A stretch of 32,690 nt of DNA from an uncultured Candidatus Bathyarchaeia archaeon. GTDB lineage: Archaea; Thermoproteota; Bathyarchaeia; TCS64. Shown piece by piece: positions 8,617 to 15,651 of this stretch (position 1 is its first letter; each line of letters opens with the position of its first letter). A program made the translations under genes and the position numbers. The notes below the pieces were generated by a model that saw nothing but the letters and a program-made list of their open reading frames with translations, made no database searches and was not told the DNA's origin. The stretch lies in the NCBI GenBank assembly GCA_964628365.1, contig CAZVMI010000004.1, positions 1 through 32,690 of the forward strand. The letters are read 5' to 3'.

Positions 8617-9357
8617 TCACAGCTCTATGAGCACCTCAAAGGACTCCTTGCTGACGATCTCACCGAGGTACCGCTTCCACTCGTCGCCGACGGTGACCAG
8701 AATGTAGATGCCTGCAATGTCCGCCCTCTGGTTCCTGACGAGGTCGACGAGGGCCTTCACCGTCTCCCCTGTCCTGACGACATCGTCGATTATGAGGATG
8801 CTGTCCTTCTTCTTCAGGGCAGCCTTAGGGATGTAGAGACTCTTCCTCATCGCTGAGCCGTGGGGTATGTAGGTCTCCTCTATGAACTCACTTATGCCTA
8901 CTTCCTTTGTATCTTTGGCGATTAGGAGATCAACGTCGAGGAGGTTGGCGACGAGAGTCGAACAAGGGATGCCGTCGACCGCGGCTGTAAGTACTTTAGT
9001 AACCCTGCGTCCGGCGAACTTCTCCATCGCGTAGTTGGCCATTATCTTGAGCCAGGTGATCTCGGCGACGAGGGGCGTGTTGTCGAAGTAGCCCTCCTCG
9101 TCGAAGTTGATCCTCTTCTTCAGCTCCGCCTTGATGTCGGTGATCTCCATCAACTTCTCGTAGAGGCCTTGGGCCCGCTCGTAGCTTGGCAGAACATGGC
9201 CCCTCATGTAGCGGCTAAGGATGGGCGGACTCAGGCCAAGGAAGCCTGAGAGCTCCTGATATGTGTGGCTCTCGCTCGCGACCTTCAGCAGGTCAGTGAT
9301 CATCATCCGGTACTTAAGTTCCCTAACCCTCGTCTCAGCCATCCATTCCCCCTCCAT
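8617..9357 (-). CDS. HTH domain fused to type I phosphoribosyltransferase-like domain (PurR/GfcR-like putative regulator)
   Basis: N-terminal HTH-like segment TYQELSGFLGLSPPILSRYMRGHV. C-terminal PRPP-binding loop DSILIIDDVVRTGETV. The start may instead be the internal MAETRV. Confidence 0.6.
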   Translation of the reverse strand: MEGEWMAETRVRELKYRMMITDLLKVASESHTYQELSGFLGLSPPILSRYMRGHVLPSYERAQGLYEKLMEITDIKAELKKRINFDEEGYFDNTPLVAEITWLKIMANYAMEKFAGRRVTKVLTAAVDGIPCSTLVANLLDVDLLIAKDTKEVGISEFIEETYIPHGSAMRKSLYIPKAALKKKDSILIIDDVVRTGETVKALVDLVRNQRADIAGIYILVTVGDEWKRYLGEIVSKESFEVLIEL

Positions 9358-9373
9358 CTCAGCCTTGAGCAGG

Positions 9374-9463
9374 CGGGCCTGAGGGGATTCGAACCCCTGG
9401 CCAACGGCTCTCTTCGACCTTGTCTTAAAAGGCCGACGCTCTACCTTGCTGAGCTACAGGCCC
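9374..9463 (-). tRNA. tRNA-Lys (anticodon UUU) with a 16-nt intron at the canonical 37/38 position
   Basis: Minus strand reads GGGCCTG TA GCTC AGCAAGGTA GAGC G TCGGC CTTTTAA [GACAAGGTCGAAGAGA] GCCGT TGGCC AGGGG TTCGAAT CCCCT CAGGCCC G. Acceptor, D and T stems are perfect. There is a U27-U43 mismatch. CCA is not encoded. Confidence 0.75.
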
Positions 9464-9480
9464 ACGGCGATGAGCCGTTA

Positions 9481-9545
9481 GCCAATTAATTTAACAGTAT
9501 ATTTAACTTTTTTTAATTTTTAGATACGAACTTTATTTAAATACG
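9481..9545. promoter_or_regulatory. AT-rich divergent promoter region between tRNA-Lys and tRNA-Gly
   Basis: About 65 nt of almost pure A/T. TTAAATTAATT is centred about 26 nt upstream of the tRNA-Lys 5-prime end on the minus strand. TTTATTTAAATA (9532-9543) faces the plus-strand tRNA-Gly. Confidence 0.45.
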
Positions 9546-9651
9546 TATTCATGATGATCCAAGCCGCCAAGAAGGAGATGCGGCTCATGCCGATCGTCGG
9601 CAAGGCTTATTAGAACGCCGCAATTAACCCCTTCAGGCATCTCGTAGCAGG

Positions 9652-9727
9652 GCGGCCGTGGTCCAGCCTGGTAAGACACCAGCCCCCCAAGCTGGTAACC
9701 CGGGTTCAATTCCCGGCGGCCGCACCA
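9652..9727 (+). tRNA. tRNA-Gly (anticodon CCC), CCA encoded
   Basis: GCGGCCG TG GTCC AGCCTGGTA AGAC A CCAGC CCCCCAA GCTGG TAAC CCGGG TTCAATT CCCGG CGGCCGC A CCA. The cloverleaf is clean except for C13-A22. Position 33 reads C instead of U. Confidence 0.75.
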
Positions 9728-9742
9728 TTCTCGTAATGGAAA

Positions 9743-10399
9743 TTAGATGAATATCAACGACCTCAGTGTTATGAAGATGACGTATGAGACAACTGTTATC
9801 ATGGCCATCTTTTTCTTTGACGATCTGAATGTGACAGAGGCTGCAACTATCGTCAAGCTTATAGCGACCAGGCTGAACAGGTTGAGCGAGTTCAGTGCCT
9901 GGTTTATGATCCTCTGGGACAAGCCCATGATGAGGGCCTCCGTCTGGAAGAGATCGTTCCTCAGGCTGCCCTGCATGGCGTAGGCGTCGATCAACCTCAG
10001 TACGTGCTGTATCAGGAGAGGCGTCGAGGCGAAACCTGTCTGGGCGAGGAGTCGCTTGAGGCCGCCCTCACCCGTACTTAATTTGGCTATGACATAGATA
10101 ATCAGTGCCGGGATGAGCCAGCCTGTCACCGTCCTTATTCCAGTTATCACTCCGATTGCGATGCCGAGGCTACCCCTGAGGCTGGAAGCGTCTGCCCCTG
10201 GGAGCAGACCTATCCGGGGGAGGCTGGAGAGATCCATCTTGGAGATATACTGTGCGCTAGCCAACGCCCCTACGATTGCCACTAGTAGGACTAAGGCGAA
10301 GCCTCTCGTCAGGTCTTTTTCAGTTATTGCCTCGAAAGTGGATCGTGGATGGGTGAAGACCCCCACTAATTTCCGGGCAAAGCTCTTTTCACTACTCAT
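9743..10399 (-). CDS. Yip1-domain polytopic membrane protein
   Basis: N-terminus ...VFTHPRSTFEAI... followed by about five hydrophobic helices, the Yip1/DUF1282-like layout. Its start overlaps the permease stop by 8 nt. Confidence 0.55.
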   Translation of the reverse strand: MSSEKSFARKLVGVFTHPRSTFEAITEKDLTRGFALVLLVAIVGALASAQYISKMDLSSLPRIGLLPGADASSLRGSLGIAIGVITGIRTVTGWLIPALIIYVIAKLSTGEGGLKRLLAQTGFASTPLLIQHVLRLIDAYAMQGSLRNDLFQTEALIMGLSQRIINQALNSLNLFSLVAISLTIVAASVTFRSSKKKMAMITVVSYVIFITLRSLIFI

Positions 10400-11582
10400 A
10401 TCTCAACGCCTCGACTGGGTTGAGGTTCGCAGCCCTCCAGGCAGGGTAAATACCAGATACTACACAGGTTAAGGCTGCGAACCCCACGACCTCGATCCCG
10501 AGGGTCAGGGAGGGGGCTGCGGACATGTTTATCATCCTGCCGATCATCTCACTCAAGACTATGCCCAAGGCTGCGCCGAGGATGCCGCCGAAAATTCCGG
10601 TGAGTATCGCCTCCGAGAGGAACATGGAGAGCACATCACGGCTCTTGGCGCCCAGCGCCTTGAGTATCCCGATCTCCCTTGTCCGTTCCATGACGCTTAT
10701 CGTCATCGTGTTGATTATCCCTATTCCGGCGACGACGAGGGAGATCGCGGCTATCCCGCCCAGGACTCCCTGCACGGTGCCAAGAACCTGGTTGACCTGG
10801 GCCTTCGCTGACTCATAGGAGTAGACAGTGACGGCCTTTCCTAGCTTGTCTTTAATGCCCTGTGAGGCTAATTCAACGTTGTCCAATGAGTCAGCCCTCG
10901 CCATGATATATGTGTAGGAGCTAGCCTCGTAGAATTGCTGGGCGTCTCCTAGTGGGATGGCAATAGCGTTGTCTAAGTTCATCCCGAAGCTGCCGCCCGT
11001 CTTCTTCAACACGCCGATCACCCTGACTGTCATCGACTTCTTGACGCCCTTCACGGTCGCCTCGAGGGTGACCCTGCTACCGATGCCGAGTATCGGCTCC
11101 TCCTTGTCGTCCGGCTTGGCTATGTTGGCGCCGATGATAGCTACGCTGCCGTCCGCTCTAACGAAGTACCTTCCATCGGCCAGCTCGCTGCTCCTATTTA
11201 TCTCGGCGTATTGCTCCGTGACGCCGTAGACCTCCACCGAATATGTTTCGCCTCTTAACATGAACTGGGCGGACTTGCTCGCGATTATGGGCGTAGCCAT
11301 GGCGACGTGCTGGGCCTGTTCGACGTTGTTCAGCTCCTTCCAAGTTAGCTGGGTGGTCGTGATTTGACCCCTCATCTGAAATCTACCTGGGATAACTATG
11401 ATGGTCTGAGGACCGAGTATCTGAAGCTGGTCGCCGATGTTGTTACTGAGTCCTTGAGTGATGGAGACTAAGCCTGTTACGGCCGCGCAGCCTATCAGGA
11501 TGCCTATGAGGTTGAGGACGAATCGGAACTTCCGGGACTTTACCCCGTCGAAAGCCGTCTTCAGGATATCCCCGGGGTTCAA
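10392..11582 (-). CDS. ABC transporter permease, MacB/FtsX type
   Basis: TM1 (FVLNLIGILIGCAAVTGLV), then an extracytoplasmic domain of about 220 aa, then the FtsX module (ISVMERTREIGILKALGA...). C-terminus NPVEALRYE is typical of MacB-like permeases. Confidence 0.85.
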   Translation of the reverse strand: MNPGDILKTAFDGVKSRKFRFVLNLIGILIGCAAVTGLVSITQGLSNNIGDQLQILGPQTIIVIPGRFQMRGQITTTQLTWKELNNVEQAQHVAMATPIIASKSAQFMLRGETYSVEVYGVTEQYAEINRSSELADGRYFVRADGSVAIIGANIAKPDDKEEPILGIGSRVTLEATVKGVKKSMTVRVIGVLKKTGGSFGMNLDNAIAIPLGDAQQFYEASSYTYIMARADSLDNVELASQGIKDKLGKAVTVYSYESAKAQVNQVLGTVQGVLGGIAAISLVVAGIGIINTMTISVMERTREIGILKALGAKSRDVLSMFLSEAILTGIFGGILGAALGIVLSEMIGRMINMSAAPSLTLGIEVVGFAALTCVVSGIYPAWRAANLNPVEALRYE

Positions 11583-11592
11583 CTGGCTCCCT

Positions 11593-13119
11593 CTAAGGCT
11601 TCAAGCCGAGTATCTGCCTCAGCCATCCCCAGAACCCGATGTCACCAGATGGCACCTGAGTTACCGGCTCGGCCTTAACCACCGTGACAGGCACGTTGAT
11701 GATGCTCTCCTTGATCTGGTTCCTGTGGTTCATGTACTCGATCTTGATCGGTAATGTGTGGTCTCTTAGTGCGGTTCCTGGTTTTACTCCGAACTTGAGG
11801 GTGAAGGGGACTGGGCTGTCCGGGTCTATCGCTCCGAGGTACTCGCTGCTACCAGTCACCTGCATGAAGGGATCCTGGGCGACTGCGCTGACCTTAACGA
11901 AATCCACCCTGCTGGTGCCGACCAAGAGGAGATCGCCCTCGAACTGCTTCGTCGCGTTCTGCTCGACGGTCAGAGCGAGATCATTCAAGAGGCTGAAATT
12001 CACGATCTCGTCCACAATCACAGTCATCGTCTCGGTAGAGGTCCCCTGTATCCCCTTTGAGTCGGAGTACCTTAGGGTGACGACAACTAGTACCTGGCCC
12101 GGAGCGGCGGCCCCGTCCACCATAAGACTGTACTTCAGTTGCACACGCTCCATCGGCCTTATGTCTCCTAGGGCGAGGCTCGTCGGGCTCTGTGGCGACA
12201 ACATCCCCTTCTGGTCAAGGGCGATGGAGGTCCTCACGTTGAAGGCCTGAGCGCCGCTGCAGGCAATCTCCAGATCGAGGTCAAACGACTGACCAGGGTT
12301 AACGGAGCTGAATGGGTTTGTGTTACTTATGGTCAGGGTCGGCGTCTTAGCCGGCTCGACCGCCGTGATATCGAAGGAAAGCATGAAGGACTGGCGGAAC
12401 CTATTCCCTTCGGCATCCGAGTAGTAGGCTAAGCCTGACATGCTATACGGGCCGGAGTTGGCACTCTCCAGCACATCCATGGCCGTTGTGAAGAGCGTTG
12501 CCGCCCCAGCCTTAAGTGCGCCCTCATCGAAGTTGGTGTCGCCTACAATCGAAAGCAGCGATGATGATGAGCTCAGGCTAATCTGTATATCCTTTAAGGT
12601 CTCGTTGCTGATGTTCACAGCCGAGAAGCTGAGGCCGTTCGTGGTTCCGGCCTTGAGGTTCGACGTATCAGGAGATAGCACGAACTTGAACATGGGCTGG
12701 AAGGCCTGGGTCACCTGAACGGTTACGGGGATAACGTCGATCACTGCCTTGCCTAGGCGCATGTAACTGAGACTGAAACTTAGAGTGTAAGCACCGACGC
12801 CGACGCTCTGGTCGACGAGCAGGGTAGCGTTATAGTAAGCATGATGCTTGTCGTGGATGGTGTTAAACACCGACTGGGCGTTCAGGACCGAGATCCCTGG
12901 TGTAGTCGACGTGAGTATCGCCTCGGCCTCGAGTACGTCGTAGGTGCCACTGTTGTAGACATCGAAATAGACGTAGCCATGCTTCCCTGCCGAAAGTGGC
13001 ACGCTGAAGACCGAGACACCCAAGTGTGGTACGATGTCGTCGGCTAAAGCCAATCCTAGTTGGCCCGCCAATATGCAGGCCACAAGTATCGGGATCAGAA
13101 CTGTTTTCTTCTTAACCAT
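11593..13119 (-). CDS. secreted protein with four CARDB/COG1361-like beta-sandwich modules
   Basis: Signal peptide MVKKKTVLIPILVACILAGQLGLALA. Four modules of about 110 aa, rich in alternating beta-strand sequence. Several N-X-S/T sequons (NAT, NIS, NET, NFS, NAT). Short Trp-rich C-terminal tail GFWGWLRQILGLKP. Confidence 0.6.
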   Translation of the reverse strand: MVKKKTVLIPILVACILAGQLGLALADDIVPHLGVSVFSVPLSAGKHGYVYFDVYNSGTYDVLEAEAILTSTTPGISVLNAQSVFNTIHDKHHAYYNATLLVDQSVGVGAYTLSFSLSYMRLGKAVIDVIPVTVQVTQAFQPMFKFVLSPDTSNLKAGTTNGLSFSAVNISNETLKDIQISLSSSSSLLSIVGDTNFDEGALKAGAATLFTTAMDVLESANSGPYSMSGLAYYSDAEGNRFRQSFMLSFDITAVEPAKTPTLTISNTNPFSSVNPGQSFDLDLEIACSGAQAFNVRTSIALDQKGMLSPQSPTSLALGDIRPMERVQLKYSLMVDGAAAPGQVLVVVTLRYSDSKGIQGTSTETMTVIVDEIVNFSLLNDLALTVEQNATKQFEGDLLLVGTSRVDFVKVSAVAQDPFMQVTGSSEYLGAIDPDSPVPFTLKFGVKPGTALRDHTLPIKIEYMNHRNQIKESIINVPVTVVKAEPVTQVPSGDIGFWGWLRQILGLKP

Positions 13120-13125
13120 TTCGAT

Positions 13126-13815
13126 TCACCTTAATCTCTTCTCTCCTGCAATGGCCCCGTCTCTCAGCTGGATCAGCCGGTCGGTGGACTGGGCCACGTT
13201 TGGATCGTGAGTGATCAGGACGAAGGTCTTACCCTGCTCCTGATTCAGCTTCCTGAGGAACATTATTATCTCCTGCCCCGTTTTCGAGTCGAGGTTACCT
13301 GTGACCTCGTCGCAGAGGAAGATGCGCGGATCGTTTGCGAGGGCGCGGGCAATGGCGACCCTCTGCTGCTCCCCCCCGCTGAGCTGGTTTGGCTTGTGGT
13401 CGAGTCTGTCTCTTAGACCGACGGCCTCTAGGAGCTGCTTCGCCCGCTCCTTCCGCTTACCGGCTGATACGCCGCTTATGGCGAGTGGCAGCTCGACGTT
13501 GCCGAGGGCGTCCATGCGCTGGATGAGGTTGAACTGCTGGAAGATGAAGCCTATCTCTTTGTTCCTGAGGTCAGCCAGCTGGTTGTCACCAAGCCCTGCG
13601 AGGTCCACACCATTTATGAAGACCTTCCCCGAGCTCGGGCGATCTAAGGCGCCTATCATGTTGAGGAGTGTCGACTTCCCACTCCCAGAGGGACCCATGA
13701 TAGCCATGAACTCACCTGACTCTACGATGAGGTCAACATCATTCAGCACCCTCAGTGGCCTACCACCTTGGAGGTACTCCTTCACTAGTCCCCTAGTCTC
13801 AACGACCGGAGTCAT
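13126..13815 (-). CDS. ABC transporter ATP-binding protein (MacB/LolD-like)
   Basis: Walker A GPSGSGKST, signature LSGGEQQRVAIARAL, Walker B IFLCDEVTGNLD, H-loop ITHD. Confidence 0.92.
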   Translation of the reverse strand: MTPVVETRGLVKEYLQGGRPLRVLNDVDLIVESGEFMAIMGPSGSGKSTLLNMIGALDRPSSGKVFINGVDLAGLGDNQLADLRNKEIGFIFQQFNLIQRMDALGNVELPLAISGVSAGKRKERAKQLLEAVGLRDRLDHKPNQLSGGEQQRVAIARALANDPRIFLCDEVTGNLDSKTGQEIIMFLRKLNQEQGKTFVLITHDPNVAQSTDRLIQLRDGAIAGEKRLR

Positions 13816-14363
13816 GCATCGTCACCCCCTATCTTCGAGGTCAGTTTGTCGATGGCATCCAAGCGGCTCAGGAGCATGGCCTTCATGCTCTTTAAAACTT
13901 GTAGCTTCGTCGCCTTATCCACATCCTCGTCCAGAAGGCTGAGCGTGTTTGAGTAGAGGTCTATGTCAACTGGAGGTAGGTTGGTTATCGAGTTGAATAG
14001 GATTCTCTTCAGATCCTTGGACATCCATTTTATCATGGCTTTAAGGAAGCGGGAGCTGAACTTTATCGCGTACTCCTCGTGGGAGCCTATTACCCTGAGC
14101 AGGCTTCGCCCCTTAGGTGTGACATGGTAGAAGTCGACGCCGTCCTTCTGATGCGTCGAGACGAGGCCGCGCTTCTCCAAGCTCTTCAGGGCAGGGTAGA
14201 CGGTCCCTGTCTTCGGCTCCCAGACACCCTCGAACTCGTCCTTTATCGCCTTGAGCATCTCGTACCCGTACTTCGGCGAGCCCTCCAGCTGGACCAGAAG
14301 TAAAAGCTGGAGCGGGCTCAGCCGCCTCCAAGGATGCTCGAACCTGCTAAGCTGGGAAGCCAT
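13812..14363 (-). CDS. PadR family transcriptional regulator
   Basis: PKYGYEMLKAIKDEFEGVWEPKTGTVYPALKSLEKRGLV is the PadR wHTH signature. Its stop overlaps the ABC ATPase start by 4 nt. Confidence 0.85.
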   Translation of the reverse strand: MASQLSRFEHPWRRLSPLQLLLLVQLEGSPKYGYEMLKAIKDEFEGVWEPKTGTVYPALKSLEKRGLVSTHQKDGVDFYHVTPKGRSLLRVIGSHEEYAIKFSSRFLKAMIKWMSKDLKRILFNSITNLPPVDIDLYSNTLSLLDEDVDKATKLQVLKSMKAMLLSRLDAIDKLTSKIGGDDA

Positions 14364-14373
14364 TAGGTTGACC

Positions 14374-14396
14374 TCTACCTAGTAGACTTCTACCTA
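14374..14396 (-). promoter_or_regulatory. direct repeat TAGGTAGA x2 with embedded 5-bp inverted repeat in the padR leader
   Basis: The minus strand reads TAGGTAGA-AGTCTAC-TAGGTAGA-GGTCAACCTA-ATG. GTAGA/TCTAC also forms an inverted repeat with a 2-nt spacer. The proximal copy overlaps a GAGGT Shine-Dalgarno-like element. Confidence 0.3.
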
Positions 14397-14485
14397 AGTG
14401 GAGAAGCTGATTATAAACGTTATGCACCGTAGATACATTGAACCATTAACGAGGTTTTAATACAGTAACTCGTCCTGAGATATTC

Positions 14486-15241
14486 ATGCGGCTTCAAGTA
14501 ATCGGAGTCGAGGGACTACCCTTCATCAAAGACGGAGACGATCTCGCCGAACTCGTCGTCGCTGCTTCGAAGAGGCAGGGAACGCCCCTCGAGAACGGGG
14601 ACGTTCTCGTTCTATGCCACGTCATCGTATCCAAAGCCGAGGGACGGACGATTGACCTGAAGTTGATAACTCCCTCCGAGATCGCTAACAGCTTCTCCAT
14701 GCTGGTAGACAAGGATCCACGGCTCGTCGAGGTGATCCTCAGAGATTCAATGGCGATCAGAAGGATGGCGCCGGGTGTCCTCATAACAGAGACGAAGCAG
14801 GGCTTCGTTTGCGCTAACGCCGGCGTCGATAAGTCGAACATCCCTGGAGACGACATCGTCGCCCCTTTACCAGCTGATCCAGATGTCTCAGCTAGGAGGA
14901 TCAGGGAGAGAATAGGCAGGATTACTGGCGCGAGCGTCGCCGTAATAATAGCCGACACCCACGGGAGAGCGCACAGAGACGGCGAAGTGAACGTCGCAGT
15001 CGGCGCATCCGGCCTCCAGGTTATAAGAGACAGGAGGGGGGAGAGAGACCTTTTCGGCTACGAATTAAAGGTGAAGAGGACGGCTGTCGCCGACGAACTC
15101 GCGGCTGCGGCCGAGCTCGTGATAGGGCAAGCCGACGAGGGGGTGCCCGCGGCAATCATCAGGGGCTATAAATATATCCCATCTGAGGAATCCACGGCGC
15201 GTGAGCTGGTGAGACCTAGAGAGAAAGACCTGTTCCTTTAA
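14486..15241 (+). CDS. cofE: coenzyme F420-0:L-glutamate ligase
   Basis: The CofE core TKQGFVCANAGVDKSN, along with IIADTHGRAHRDGEVNVAVG and 251 aa length, fits CofE/FbiB-N. Confidence 0.85.
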   Translation: MRLQVIGVEGLPFIKDGDDLAELVVAASKRQGTPLENGDVLVLCHVIVSKAEGRTIDLKLITPSEIANSFSMLVDKDPRLVEVILRDSMAIRRMAPGVLITETKQGFVCANAGVDKSNIPGDDIVAPLPADPDVSARRIRERIGRITGASVAVIIADTHGRAHRDGEVNVAVGASGLQVIRDRRGERDLFGYELKVKRTAVADELAAAAELVIGQADEGVPAAIIRGYKYIPSEESTARELVRPREKDLFL

Positions 15242-15252
15242 AGATGAGGAGG

Positions 15253-15618
15253 TCAGAAGCTCAGGACCGCGTCCGCCTCCAGAAGCAGATCGTTCAGAGT
15301 GGCCGCCCCGACGATCCTCGCAGCCTCCGTGAATTCACCACGCTGAAGACCGAGCAACATGCAGCTCTGCTCGCAGACCATGAGCTTCACGCCGGCCTCG
15401 ACCGCCTGGTCCATGACCTCCTTGAGGGTCGGGAAGCTACCGAGCTTAATCTTCTCAGCTGCGCCCTCCTTCACCACGGTGACGCCCTTAATCAAGAAGT
15501 AGATCGTGGCGTCGATCCCCATCGCCGTGGCCGTAGCGCCCAGGATGAAGGGGGCGTACAGCCTCTCCGGGTTGTCTAACCCACTGGTCTGAACGTACAG
15601 AATCTTCTTCGCGACCAT
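15253..15618 (-). CDS. DsrE/DsrF-like family protein
   Basis: 121 aa with a Rossmann-like small fold. LMVCEQSC cysteine motif as in COG2044/DsrE-like proteins. Confidence 0.55.
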   Translation of the reverse strand: MVAKKILYVQTSGLDNPERLYAPFILGATATAMGIDATIYFLIKGVTVVKEGAAEKIKLGSFPTLKEVMDQAVEAGVKLMVCEQSCMLLGLQRGEFTEAARIVGAATLNDLLLEADAVLSF

Positions 15619-15651
15619 GATGGACTCATCCCGATGGCAGGCTTTATCCCT

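Noticed and set aside
9551-9613. ATGATGA (C-box-like) followed by a 20-codon ORF (MMIQAAKKEMRLMPIVGKAY) between the two tRNAs
   Set aside because: No CTGA D or D-prime box occurs within the next 100 nt on either strand, so it is not a C/D box sRNA. The ATG has no Shine-Dalgarno element and probably lies upstream of the transcription start predicted from the TATA-like tract at 9532-9543. I treat it as part of the tRNA-Gly leader.
13301-13942. 213-codon plus-strand ORF antisense to the ABC ATPase and padR
   Set aside because: This is a shadow ORF opposite genes with clear Walker/PadR motifs. The composition (Ser/Pro/Arg/Leu rich) is typical of antisense frames.
9652-14485. Possibility that the PadR-ABC operon is an integrated element inserted at tRNA-Gly
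   Set aside because: There is no integrase or recombinase gene. I found no direct repeat of the tRNA 3-prime half at the far boundary (14364-14485). By eye there is no compositional break relative to flanking core genes.
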